Source: Candidatus Uhrbacteria bacterium
GTDB taxonomy: Bacteria > Patescibacteriota > Patescibacteriia > UBA9934 > GWF2-40-263
Length of the DNA stretch: 64,000 nucleotides
Direction: 5' to 3'
Assembly: GCA_037131775.1 (NCBI GenBank)
Contig: JBAXQK010000002.1
Coordinates: forward strand, 23,472-87,471
Both the position numbers and the translations under genes were made by a program. Shown here one piece after another: positions 20,401 through 29,873 of the stretch (position 1 is the stretch's first letter; each line of letters begins with the position of its first letter). The notes beneath the pieces are model-generated. The model worked only from the letters and a program-made list of their open reading frames with translations, was not told where the DNA came from and made no database searches.

Positions 20401-23400
20401 CTCCTTCGCCCAAGTTCCCGCATCGAACTCAAGCTCCGTCGACAGCTCGAAGGACGTGCCGCCGACGCTTCGGTAACCGTAGACATGGGACTCGTCGGGA
20501 CAGGTGAAGGTGGCCGCGACCGAGTTCCAGCAGGTGGCGGACTCGTAGTTCTCGCCGTCGCAATTCATGAACTCGTTCACCGGGTCGGTGGGAAGCGACG
20601 TGCCGAGCGCGTTGCCAAGCCCCGCCGTCCACGACGGCCAGGTGCTTGTGGAGTACGAGCTGACAAAGGTGCCGTCCGCGAGCTTCGGAACGGAAGGCTC
20701 GCACGTTTCGGTTCCCGGACACTCGTCGTCCGCCGTACAGGTCTGGTTCGTGGTCACCGAGCAGAGGCCGTTCGCGGCGCCGTAGCCGTCGAGTTCGCCC
20801 GCGATCACGACGACGTCCTCCAGGCGGCGCATGTCGCGCGTGAGCTTGGCCTTGTCGGCGTCGCAAATTTGGCCGGAGGCGCAGTCGCCGTCCCAGACGC
20901 ACGGAATGAGGTCGCCCGTGGTCACGTCCGTCGGATAGCTTCCGTCCGTGCTCGACTGGCAGAGGTTGATGTCCGTGACGACGTCGTCATTGGCGTTGAA
21001 CGACCAGTTCGCCAGGATCTGCGCGAAAATTTCCTGCGAGGAAGCCTCCGCGTTCTCCGTATAGGAGATGGCGTACACGTTCGGGTAGATGGTCCCGGAA
21101 TTGGTGACGTTCGTGGCCGCGACGTACGTGGTGTTGCCGTCCGTGATCGCCTCGTAACCGTCTACCGTCGTGCTCGACGGGGATCCTCCGGTGAATCCCT
21201 GCGCGACATACCAGGCGGACGGGGTGAGGTACGAGGAATTCGGAAGCACACGGACGCCGATGGCGTCGGAAGTTCCCTCCACCTTGAAGATCAGGTCCTG
21301 GATGATGTCGGACGTATAGGATTCGACCGCGATTGGCGTCTCAAGCTCGGGAAGATCGTCGGTTGTGTCCTTCGCCACGCCGGCATCCTGGCAGTAGAAG
21401 AAGCTGAAATTTGAGTCGGCATCGAGATACAGGCCGTTCGAATTCTCGACGGTCGGGACGTTGTCGCAGACGTTTACGACGACCTTCAGGGTTCCGCTTA
21501 CCCCTCCGCTCGTTTCGCCGAAGGTGTTGGTCGCGCTGAACGCCGCGGTTGCCACGACGGATTCCTGGCCCGTCTTGTCGGAAGCGGTCACGGTGGATGC
21601 GGCGTCCGTCGAACTCGCCGACGAAACGATGTTTTCCGTATCCGCGTCAATGACGGTCGAGTCCCACGTCCAGCTCCAGCCGTAGCTCGCCGTCGGCTGA
21701 ATTTCCTCCTCGCGCCCGCCACGGACGGTGTTTGGAATCGACACGAACGCGTGCTGCTCGCCGGAAGCCGTGAACGATCCGACGCTTGGGTCGACGATGT
21801 CGCTCGCGGGAGTCACGCCCGTGTCCTCCACGGTCACGGAATCAAGACCGCAAATTTCCGTACCCGTCTGAAAGGTTACCGCGTATTTACCGTCCGGCGC
21901 CCCATTCGCGTCTACGCCAACGGCATGGGCGGAAAGAACGCCGTCGTTCAGGCCGTCGACCGCGTCGGTCAGGTCGGCGTCCTCCACCACGACAAGGGTG
22001 TAGTAGGAATTGGCCTCCAGAACGTCCGTAATGTTGAGCGAGACGCGCGAGCCGCCGAACTCGTTCGCCGTCAGCGAGTACGTCACGGGAGTCAGGCAGT
22101 AGGCCGTCGTATCCGCGGCCTGCGCGGTTCCACCGAACATGCCCGTGACGGAACGCACGACCCAATTCCAAGCGCGCGCGATCCACGAACGGCTCGCCGT
22201 GTCGCCGTACGCAAGCAGGCTTGCCTGGAGATAGCCGGACGGACAGTCGGCAATGTCGATCGCGTCGCCCGTCGACGTCGTCAGGGCGAGGTACAGGTTC
22301 TGGTGGCCTTCGCCGTAATCGAATACGCCCGTGTTCGGTCCCGCCGTATCGTCCCACGACATCAGCGAATTCGAGTCCATCACGTCCGAGAAGTCCACGT
22401 AGATCGCCGCGTTCAGGCACACGTTCGTCTCCCCGATTCCCTGGGAAACGGCCTCGACGGTCGGGCGCTCGAAGCAGCAGGAGGATGTCCCGCAGCCGTA
22501 CGCGTCGTCGCCGCACTGCGCATCGTTCTCACAGGAACAGGTCAGCGTAAGCGTTCCGCTTCCCTCCACGCCGCTCGTCGTTTCCGTTGCCGTAATCGAC
22601 GACTCCGCCGTGTGCGTGGTCGCGTCCACGTCCAAGACCGCCTCTGGATTCACGTAGGAGACGCCCCAATATCCAAAGGCGGTATCCCCGGACGGATCCG
22701 TTGCCGCGTCGCACTCCTCGGCACCCGTGTCAATGACAGCCCCGTTATACTCGTTCGTCCCCGTACGATGCGTCGTACCGTCGCCGCAGTAGCTCGACGT
22801 GCCCAATGACGATCCCTCGTCCACGCAGGATGAGGAACACCCGTCTCCGTTCGTGGTATTGCCATCGTCACAATCCTCGGCGCGAGGGCTCCAGGCGCCG
22901 GTTACGCCGCGGTAATCAATGCGTCCGTCGCCGCAGCACGGCGAAACGACAGGGAGACAGGCATCGGTGGCGCTTCCGCAGTATGTCGACGCGTCGGCCC
23001 CGATTCCCGGACAGTCGCTGGTGGGATTGTCGCGACAGGCGAACGCGCAGACGTTTGCCCCCTCAAACAGACAGATCGAAGAACATCCGTCTCCGCTGGC
23101 AACGTTGCCATCATCGCAGTCCTCACCGGAATCGATGTTGCTGTTTCCGCAGATTGAATTGTATCCGGAACGAGCCACGGTTCCCTCGTTCAGACAGTCA
23201 GAAGAGCATCCCGCGGTGCCGTCGCAATCCTCGCCTCCGTCGCTCGCCGACTGGTCGACAGTCGATCCGTCGCAGGAGGTGCCGGCCTTTCGCGCTCCGT
23301 TATTCAGACAGACGGAAGAGCATCCGTCGGAGTTGTCCGTGTTCGAGTCGTCACACTCCTCTCCGGTTCCGACCGCGCCGTCGCCGCACACGCTCGGGGA

Positions 23401-26400
23401 GCGGTAGTCCGCCGAAGCTCCCTCGTGCAGACAGGTGGTCGTGGAACACCCTTCTCCCCCGTCGCAATCCTCTCCTGGCTCCACCAGGCCGTTTCCGCAG
23501 AAATAGTCGCTTGTGGTCGCCTCCGATCCCGTGTTCAGGCAGTTCGAAGAACATCCGGTCTGAAGAACGGAAGTGATGCGAAGCGGGTCGGACGCGCTGT
23601 TCAGCATGGTCGCGACGTCGCCAAGGGAGGGGCCGGTCGCGTCGACGGCAGTCCACGCGTCCCAGCCGTAGCTCAGCGGGTCAAGCTCCTGGCCGTTCAC
23701 GGAGCAGCTGTCCCGGGCGCCGAACGGAATGGCCTGCCAAAGCGCCTCCTCGCCGATATGCGTTGCGGACGAAGATTTCGGGTCGGTCTCAATCCGATCG
23801 ACCGCGCACGGCTCGTCGGAATCCTTGGTCTTGAATTTCCAAGAAAAGTCGTTCGAGAACTCAGAATACCCGTTGTCCTCGGAAGGATAGTTGCTTCCCG
23901 ACTCCGACAGGGCCACGCCGGAGAGCGATTCGACGTCTCCGGAAATCACGACGCGGTACCAGGTGTTCTTGGTAAAGGGCTCCGAGTGCGTGAAGGTGAC
24001 GGACCTCGAGTCGGCGGAAAGGTCATACGAGACCACGTTGTCCCAGAGCGTCATCTCGCCCGAGTCGGTCGAGCAGAGCGAATCCTGGCAAGAGTAGATC
24101 GTGACGGTGCTGTCGGAAAAATTTTTCGATCCCAAAGCTGTCTCGTCCGCCATGACCGTGTTGAAGTCGGCGGTAATCCCTCCGTTCAAACACACCGAAT
24201 CGCAGCTCGGCGTCCAGCTGGTGACCTCCGGGTCGGTGAAGTTGATCGTAAGCTGTCCGGCGTCGCTCGGCTCGTCGCCCGTCGGGTTCACGGCCTGCGC
24301 GGTGATGTCTACCGGGGATCCGCTGGTGGTTTCGGCGATGGCGGTGGCGAGGGTGGCGCAGGAGCCGGTCGCGGAGGTCGTCGGTTCTACCGACGCAAGC
24401 TGCGACTGCGAGGAGTCCCACGTCCAGCCGTAATTCGTGCAATCCAACGCGACGCAGAAGTCATTCTGCGACAGCGCCAGTGCCGAATACGATTGGGTCT
24501 GCCCAGCCTCCGTTATCGTGTGCGCGGACGGACTGACGACGACGGATCCGATGTTACACGGCTCGGTCGTGGCGGCGGTCGTAAACGTCCAGGAATAGTC
24601 GTTCGCCATGAAGATTCCGTCCTCCGACGTAATTCCCGCGGCGTCGAGGGTCACGGTATACGTGGCGCTCGGCAGGAAGTCGCCTCCCGTCGGACTCCAG
24701 CTGAACGTATATCCGCCCGGCGTTTCGCCGTCCGCCATCACTCCCGCGATGTCCGCGCCGTCCGGATCCGTGACGTGGAGGTACGGGGCAAGGTCATCCC
24801 ATTTCATCATCGGCATGTCGAACGTCGCCGTGACGGCGGCGTTCACGCAGATGTTCTTCGACTCGCTCCAATTGTTCCACGGTGACGGGGACGTAACCAC
24901 GCCCTCGCTGCAGTCGACGACCACCTTCGGCGTCGCGGGAATCGTGGTGGTCGAGAACATCCAGGAGTAATGCGACTCCTGGGGCTCATCCGCGCAGATG
25001 GCCGCGCATTGACCGTTCGAGCAGCAGCTCGTTCCCTCTACGTCGCAGAAACCGTCGCCGTCGGCCAGACAGCTTCCAACCTTGAAATTCAGCTCGTTCG
25101 ATCGATACCCATTCGCGTCGGTCACGTACACGGGTCCGGTTTCGGCCGAGGCGGGCACGGTTGCCGTGACGGAAGAGAGCGACGAGTCCCAGCTCAGGAC
25201 GGACGCGCTTTCGGAAGACGAGAACGTCACGGACGCGGATCCCGTGTGCCTTCCGAGGTTGTCGCCCGCGATGTCGACGTTCGTGGTGGTCACGGGCCCC
25301 GAGACAGGATCAAGATTACAGATGCCCGGGCCCGGAGTGTCGTCGAGAACGGTAAAGTCCGTCGCCTCCGACGAGGCCGATCCCGTCTCGACGGTAAGCG
25401 AGTACGTCGCACCGAGCCCGATCGCCGAGCCGTCCGTGAACGTCGCGGGAACCTTCACGATGATTTCCGTATCGCCCCACGTGTCGGATCCGCAGGCCTC
25501 CGGAAAATCCGTATCGCCCCACGCGACGCTTCCGCTGGTGTCCTGCGCGGAAAAATGGACCGTGCCGGCCGTCGAGCCGAATCCGGTTCCGTTGATGGTC
25601 ACGTACTGCCCGATCGGCCCCCACGTGTCCTGGTCGTCGCACGTGTCTCCCGGATTGACCGCGGAACAGTCCGCATCGGCCGAGCAGCGGGTTCCCATCG
25701 CCTTGCATGCGGTCCAGCCCGAAACGACGGACGCGATGACCGGAGTGGTTCCTTCGGACGAGTCGACGACGGTGAATGACACCTTGTTCGATCCCTGGCG
25801 CAGCGAAACGCAGGATCCGTCCGTTCCGCAGTCGGAGTCCGTCTCGCAGAATGCGTCGGAACCGGAGCAGCGCATGGTTGCGCACGATTCGCCTGATGTC
25901 GTGTCACAGTCCGCGTCCGTCGCGCATGTGACCTGTGGCGTCACGGCCCCCTGGGTCGTCGCGCAAACGTAATCCCCCACCCAAACCTGAGTGTCATAAT
26001 CGCGAGCGTTCAGGAGCGGAACCTGGACGGATAGCGCGGCGGAGGCCCAGCTGTAGTAATCCGATGCCTCGTAGTTTCCAAAGTAGACCGTCGAGGTCCC
26101 TTGGCTCGATTCGCTCGATGAGGTGAAATTATTTCCCGAGAGTCCGACCGTCGAGTGACCGATTCCGGACGTCGGATCCGGCGGACACAGACCCGGACGC
26201 ACCACGGAGTTCACGTCAAAGTCACTGACGGTAGCCCCGTAGTCGTCGTTGGTGGCGTCGACGTACGCGTCGGGATGGGTCGCGTCGGTTCCGGTCGTGA
26301 CGCGAATCGGGCCGTCCTTCATGGAACCGGAAACCTGGACGATAATCTGCGTGTCCGTCCAGGTGGAACCGGTCTCGCACTGGTACTCGGACGCGGTCAC

Positions 26401-27882
26401 GGGGTTCGAGTACGTACCGTTCGTGTCGACGGCGCCAAGGAACTGCACGGTTCCCGGCGTCGATCCAAAACCGCTTCCAATGATGGAGATGATGTTTCCT
26501 TCCGTTCCATCGCCAGGCGAAACAGAGGTGATTTCCGGAACGCTCTCGCAAACGCCATCGACGACAAGTCCCGTCTCGGGATCAATTTCTCCGGAGCAGT
26601 ACCCGCTCGAGCAGTCGGCATTGGACGTGCACGGCGACCCGTCGCACGCGCCGCACTCGCTCGTTCCGCCGCAGTCGCCAGGCGGATCCGCCTCGCCATT
26701 GTTTGCAACGCCGTCGTTGCAGGAAGCGGGATAGACCTCAATGCTTACCCCGGAAGACGTGCTGGCGTGTCCGGCACAGTCCGTTCCCCTTGCGCGAATG
26801 GTATGGCTTCCCGTCGCGTAATCCGAAGAGACATACCACTCCGATCCGTCCGCGGTCGAGAAAAAATTTTCCGACGAAAGGGATCCGGCGGTCGAGTCCG
26901 TCGAGAGCGCCGCGTCGTAGATCGAATCCCCGTTGTCGATCGTAAAGGCAAGGCTCGAGACGCCCGTGTCGTCGACCGTGTACGCCTGCAGCGGTCGGAT
27001 CTCGTTCGTATAGACGGCCGATCCTTCTTCCGGGGCCGAAATTTCCATCGTGGTCGGGCCTTCCGTGTCCACGGCCGTCCCGGTCGTGAAGTCGAACGAG
27101 CACGGGTATGTCGTGTCGCACTTGTACGCCAAATCCGTCGAGCTCTTCAACGTTGTCGTACTCAGCTCAATCGTATAATCCGCGCCCGCGTCATAGCAAT
27201 GCTCGGTCGGAAATCCATCGGCGGAACAGTCCTGCGTCGGGGTGAACGTGGCCACCGTTCCGGCAACGGCGAACGTTCCCGGGACGTCCGTTCCAGACTG
27301 CTGTACGCGGATCCCACCATTGTTAATGGATTCGAGGCTGGGACTTTTACTGAAGGTAAACTGCAGGTTTACGTTTTTAATCGCGTACGCGCACTCGAGG
27401 TTGACGTCCGTCAAGACGAATTGACTCGACGTGCCTCCCCCGTCGCCGTATCCCCCGCCGTTCCCGCCGCTGCCCGACGACGTGCTCGTCCCGTTCAGTG
27501 CGCCCATCAGCTGGCCGAGGATAAACTGGACGATGGCGAATGCGGAAAGAATGATGACGAGACCGACGATCGCCGACGAGAACAGTTTCTTCGCGCTCTT
27601 GATCTTGTCGTCGTTCCCTCCCGACGTCATGTAGCGGAACCCCCCGACGAGAATCAGGACGACGGCGATGATGCCGAGGATCGAGATGACCGTTCGAATG
27701 AGCCTGGCGATGGTGATCGTGAGCGTCTCGCCCGTCGCAAGACCCGCGGTTTCCGCGAAGGAGCTCAGTCCCGAGGTCGGGTCCACGACCTGCGCGAACG
27801 CATGCGGGGCAATCGCAAGAGCTCCGACCGTTACGAAGACGGCAAAGAGGATCGAGAGCAGGCTCTTGCGGGAAAATATCAT
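17494..27882 (-). CDS. giant (3462 aa) Cys-rich surface protein: signal + VirB2/TrbC-like pilin, Ig-like/IPT-TIG domains, myxococcal Cys-rich repeats, PsbP-like and type IV-pilin-like domains, vWA
   Basis: Uninterrupted ORF; LIRTVISILGIIAVVLILVGGFRYMTSGGNDDKIKSAKK pilin; PEITSVSP..G..ISIIGSGFG IPT; many CGDG/CGNG...EECDDGN...DGCS repeats; VYFITDYTGTM and IILLSDG vWA motifs. Confidence 0.9.
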   Translation of the reverse strand: MIFSRKSLLSILFAVFVTVGALAIAPHAFAQVVDPTSGLSSFAETAGLATGETLTITIARLIRTVISILGIIAVVLILVGGFRYMTSGGNDDKIKSAKKLFSSAIVGLVIILSAFAIVQFILGQLMGALNGTSTSSGSGGNGGGYGDGGGTSSQFVLTDVNLECAYAIKNVNLQFTFSKSPSLESINNGGIRVQQSGTDVPGTFAVAGTVATFTPTQDCSADGFPTEHCYDAGADYTIELSTTTLKSSTDLAYKCDTTYPCSFDFTTGTAVDTEGPTTMEISAPEEGSAVYTNEIRPLQAYTVDDTGVSSLAFTIDNGDSIYDAALSTDSTAGSLSSENFFSTADGSEWYVSSDYATGSHTIRARGTDCAGHASTSSGVSIEVYPASCNDGVANNGEADPPGDCGGTSECGACDGSPCTSNADCSSGYCSGEIDPETGLVVDGVCESVPEITSVSPGDGTEGNIISIIGSGFGSTPGTVQFLGAVDTNGTYSNPVTASEYQCETGSTWTDTQIIVQVSGSMKDGPIRVTTGTDATHPDAYVDATNDDYGATVSDFDVNSVVRPGLCPPDPTSGIGHSTVGLSGNNFTSSSESSQGTSTVYFGNYEASDYYSWASAALSVQVPLLNARDYDTQVWVGDYVCATTQGAVTPQVTCATDADCDTTSGESCATMRCSGSDAFCETDSDCGTDGSCVSLRQGSNKVSFTVVDSSEGTTPVIASVVSGWTACKAMGTRCSADADCSAVNPGDTCDDQDTWGPIGQYVTINGTGFGSTAGTVHFSAQDTSGSVAWGDTDFPEACGSDTWGDTEIIVKVPATFTDGSAIGLGATYSLTVETGSASSEATDFTVLDDTPGPGICNLDPVSGPVTTTNVDIAGDNLGRHTGSASVTFSSSESASVLSWDSSLSSVTATVPASAETGPVYVTDANGYRSNELNFKVGSCLADGDGFCDVEGTSCCSNGQCAAICADEPQESHYSWMFSTTTIPATPKVVVDCSEGVVTSPSPWNNWSESKNICVNAAVTATFDMPMMKWDDLAPYLHVTDPDGADIAGVMADGETPGGYTFSWSPTGGDFLPSATYTVTLDAAGITSEDGIFMANDYSWTFTTAATTEPCNIGSVVVSPSAHTITEAGQTQSYSALALSQNDFCVALDCTNYGWTWDSSQSQLASVEPTTSATGSCATLATAIAETTSGSPVDITAQAVNPTGDEPSDAGQLTINFTDPEVTSWTPSCDSVCLNGGITADFNTVMADETALGSKNFSDSTVTIYSCQDSLCSTDSGEMTLWDNVVSYDLSADSRSVTFTHSEPFTKNTWYRVVISGDVESLSGVALSESGSNYPSEDNGYSEFSNDFSWKFKTKDSDEPCAVDRIETDPKSSSATHIGEEALWQAIPFGARDSCSVNGQELDPLSYGWDAWTAVDATGPSLGDVATMLNSASDPLRITSVLQTGCSSNCLNTGSEATTSDYFCGNGLVEPGEDCDGGEGCSTTTCLHEGASADYRSPSVCGDGAVGTGEECDDSNTDNSDGCSSVCLNNGARKAGTSCDGSTVDQSASDGGEDCDGTAGCSSDCLNEGTVARSGYNSICGNSNIDSGEDCDDGNVASGDGCSSICLFEGANVCAFACRDNPTSDCPGIGADASTYCGSATDACLPVVSPCCGDGRIDYRGVTGAWSPRAEDCDDGNTTNGDGCSSSCVDEGSSLGTSSYCGDGTTHRTGTNEYNGAVIDTGAEECDAATDPSGDTAFGYWGVSYVNPEAVLDVDATTHTAESSITATETTSGVEGSGTLTLTCSCENDAQCGDDAYGCGTSSCCFERPTVEAVSQGIGETNVCLNAAIYVDFSDVMDSNSLMSWDDTAGPNTGVFDYGEGHQNLYLALTTSTGDAIDIADCPSGYLQASLLAYGDTASRSWIARAWNWVVRSVTGMFGGTAQAADTTAYCLTPVTYSLTANEFGGSRVSLNITDVLEANSYYTLVVVEDADLTDAVDGLNDGVLSAHAVGVDANGAPDGKYAVTFQTGTEICGLDSVTVEDTGVTPASDIVDPSVGSFTASGEQHAFVSIPNTVRGGREEEIQPTASYGWSWTWDSTVIDADTENIVSSASSTDAASTVTASDKTGQESVVATAAFSATNTFGETSGGVSGTLKVVVNVCDNVPTVENSNGLYLDADSNFSFFYCQDAGVAKDTTDDLPELETPIAVESYTSDIIQDLIFKVEGTSDAIGVRVLPNSSYLTPSAWYVAQGFTGGSPSSTTVDGYEAITDGNTTYVAATNVTNSGTIYPNVYAISYTENAEASSQEIFAQILANWSFNANDDVVTDINLCQSSTDGSYPTDVTTGDLIPCVWDGDCASGQICDADKAKLTRDMRRLEDVVVIAGELDGYGAANGLCSVTTNQTCTADDECPGTETCEPSVPKLADGTFVSSYSTSTWPSWTAGLGNALGTSLPTDPVNEFMNCDGENYESATCWNSVAATFTCPDESHVYGYRSVGGTSFELSTELEFDAGTWAKELNPSTLGTVTAEYHPSGTASPTNFVSSTDPAAFCYGVTLGTSSICGDGVVNTKETDPSAEGYEACEIGDTTTVDCTDSDGVAGTMLATCLSDCSAFQDETTAVAAGGVCTPYSCGNGVVDGATETCDDGSLNGTYGHCGDDCTLTSAFSCGDGYLAGGEQCDCGVSANFTAVMYDTTPSWARLNHCAVSNGQYATSPTGTCSYDCKSPGPSCGDGEVNGSEQCDGGYQKWSGALCADATECTTNADCTDGSSCGDGGASCGSSTVCATDGNADSITDIDSGSICDSSTGLKVDGTSCDAINLADGNGSCGTVVYDLARSQTCSTSACTWGTWTACVSADYCGNGTVDGTEVCDDGNTDNTDACTNDCKANVCGDELVYSGVESCDDGSLNGDDCTAVYEGMCHYCTINCQYKTKSGAYCGDGAINGTELCDGADIPFYCFDNADGEGGTSATDLGGTCGSVNEGTEGSSAGCDSGFTCRELGVCNGGSKQGERCTVVSGHTSTTEDRNACGADSECVVPTCDSTCSTSCPFSYQTVSVLGQTSEAGGTASDTINLYSYPSDSDLNPDSAVLYIPACSVGTQITADVDTTSNVTPPSVAVYFITDYTGTMGDWVDGNNHCDGAGTAVVGTDCTTSSECGTGGTCTSTPPSGYSRMDIVSASESTAIQTLYDSLSSGDLQVGLMRIGSSAVRSGVYGGDGYTIDAALGSMDENDLIATVEGYALESDLGWGPPIYQGMKAAITELDASSADVKLIILLSDGQTYISKTSTMCTNSTTAGVCEDGTTHPSCGNDASTTLDDETTSNYYCCTKQVDKGLLSTCSADDENGAVRGSGDVSVYTAAITATTDDVYASYMAHMSSETCGHLYADINDCTTGTYAFSAQDEDGVAGMYDSIISSIINVTVGLTTESSTGTSVTTTGNVSDGNDKTLPFPPDFQCTGSDMSIPMSTTFTGTGYVTFSNINFTYCPAP

Positions 27883-27888
27883 AGCGCG

Positions 27889-29793
27889 CTAATTGGAAGA
27901 TTCTGGATTTGAGTCTGGAAGTTCCACGGTCGCCGGAGTCGTAAGCGTCGTATCAAGATTTGTCGTGTGGCAGGCCCTTTCGGATGGAAAGCCATTGCAG
28001 CAATACCTGGCCGTCGTCGTGCTCGTTCCGCACATCCCCGTTCCGGCCGCGTTCGGACCGTCCACGGGATACGCGCAGATTTGGTACGCGGACTTCACGT
28101 CACGCGTAATGACCGGGTCGTAGTCCCATCCGTTGTCCTCGTTGCTGACAAGACCCGGATGCGCGATCTCCACGGTCGTGTTGATCGTCTCGTCGTCGAC
28201 GACCAGGTCCGTCTTGCTCGTCGTAAACCAGAACTCATACCACGGGTCTGCCCACAGCGAGACGTTTGTCGTATTGAGCGTCGAGGATTTCATCGGAACG
28301 GAGAACGTCGCGGTTACGTTCGCCGACGGCGATGACAGCCCCTCGAGGATGCCCGGATGCATCTCGGTAATGGTCGGGACGGTGTCGTTTATCTCGTCGT
28401 TGGTCTGGAATCCCCAGACGTAGTTATCGTCGTCGGGACCCGTCCCCTCGTCATCGCCGTTTCCGTCGAGCGAGTTCGCGGACGCGTCCTCCAGGCCGTT
28501 TGCCGGCACGAAGATCGGATCGGCCTGCGGCGGCTCGTCGCCGACGCTCGCCGCCTTGGCCGTGACCTCGATCGCGTTCGTGCTCGCGCTGCCGCCCGGA
28601 GCCGGAAGGCAGTAGATGGTGTCGCCGCACGGATCGACGCCGCACGCCTCGGTCGGCGTGAACTCGATCGTCTTGTACGCGTTGGAAATTGAGAACGTCC
28701 CGTCCACGTATCCGCTCGCCGCGGTCGAGGAACCGACGGTGATGTTGCTGAACGTCTGCGTCGGGTTCGGATTTGACTCCGTCGGCGCCACGTACGTCCC
28801 CGTTCCGGCCACCGGGTCCATCGCCTCGTCGAACGTGATGGAAACGGTGATGTTTCGCGCATCGGTGGCGGAGGCACGCGGGATGACGGACACGACCTTC
28901 GGAGGAGTGAGGTCGACCTCCGTGGAAACCTCGAACGTCCACTCGTACCCATCCTGATTCGACGCGGTGAACGCGGCCGTTTTGTCCGCCTTCTTGATGC
29001 TGTTCGTCAGTTTGACGGTATAGTTCGTGTCGTCCGTCGAGCTGCCAAGGAGATCGACCGGGTCGAAGACGAAGATGGTGTGATCCGCGTTCATGGTCAC
29101 GGAAACGGCGCTTGCCCCCAGCTTCAGCGTATCCACGCTCGCCTCGTCCGCGGTCTTGTAGATCAGAACGTTCGCGGAATTCAGATCGGTGGAAGTCGGG
29201 CTCAGGTCGTAGCCGGAGATGATCGAGGCCGGATCGATCGGCTCCTTGAACGTCACCATGATGCGCGTGTTGCGCGGAATGCCGATCGCGTTGCGCTCCG
29301 GATAGTGCGACTCGATGATGCCCGCGCCGAGCGATCCGGAAAGCGGCTCGCTGTACCGGTCGGCGACGGACGTGCTTCCCGTCGCACCGCCCCAGTTGTC
29401 CAGCAGGCTGTTCAGGATGTAACTCGCGATCGTGAACGAAAAGATACAGAGGATCATTCCGATCACTCCGTTCTTGATCATGTCCTTCGCCTTCTTCAGC
29501 TTGGTGTCGTCGCCCTGCGCCGTCATGTAGATCCATCCGGCATAGAGGACGACGATCGTGAAGATGATCCCGAGCGTTCCGAGGAAGACGCGGATGACCT
29601 TCGCGATGATGATCGGCAGGCTGTTGGTGGACGCGCCGGCAGCCGCGGCCGACGTGGCGAGCTGCGTCGCCGCGCTCTGGACGGACTGCGCGAGCGCTGG
29701 GTGCGCGGCGGCAATAACGCAAACGGCGAGCACGCCAAAGGCGGCTCCGGCGGCGAGGCGGCTGCGCATAGTGTTTGGGAGAAAACGCATCAT
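27889..29793 (-). CDS. pilin (VirB2/TrbC-like) N-terminus fused to SbsA/Big_5-type Ig-like domains
   Basis: Signal ending HPALA; IRVFLGTLGIIFTIVVLYAGWIYMTAQGDDTKLKKAK; repeats with PRNTRIMVTFKEPID, DLTPPKVVSVIP..ITVSITFDEAMD. Confidence 0.85.
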   Translation of the reverse strand: MMRFLPNTMRSRLAAGAAFGVLAVCVIAAAHPALAQSVQSAATQLATSAAAAGASTNSLPIIIAKVIRVFLGTLGIIFTIVVLYAGWIYMTAQGDDTKLKKAKDMIKNGVIGMILCIFSFTIASYILNSLLDNWGGATGSTSVADRYSEPLSGSLGAGIIESHYPERNAIGIPRNTRIMVTFKEPIDPASIISGYDLSPTSTDLNSANVLIYKTADEASVDTLKLGASAVSVTMNADHTIFVFDPVDLLGSSTDDTNYTVKLTNSIKKADKTAAFTASNQDGYEWTFEVSTEVDLTPPKVVSVIPRASATDARNITVSITFDEAMDPVAGTGTYVAPTESNPNPTQTFSNITVGSSTAASGYVDGTFSISNAYKTIEFTPTEACGVDPCGDTIYCLPAPGGSASTNAIEVTAKAASVGDEPPQADPIFVPANGLEDASANSLDGNGDDEGTGPDDDNYVWGFQTNDEINDTVPTITEMHPGILEGLSSPSANVTATFSVPMKSSTLNTTNVSLWADPWYEFWFTTSKTDLVVDDETINTTVEIAHPGLVSNEDNGWDYDPVITRDVKSAYQICAYPVDGPNAAGTGMCGTSTTTARYCCNGFPSERACHTTNLDTTLTTPATVELPDSNPESSN

Positions 29794-29873
29794 CGAGACG
29801 CTTATTTCGTCGCTCTCATTCTACAACAAAACCGCGTGCACGGATACACGCGGCATTTGAAAGTCTGTGGATA

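Noticed and set aside
17494-27882. Diversity-generating retroelement or intein in the giant gene
   Set aside because: No reverse transcriptase, no TR/VR pair differing at adenines and no intein motifs noticed
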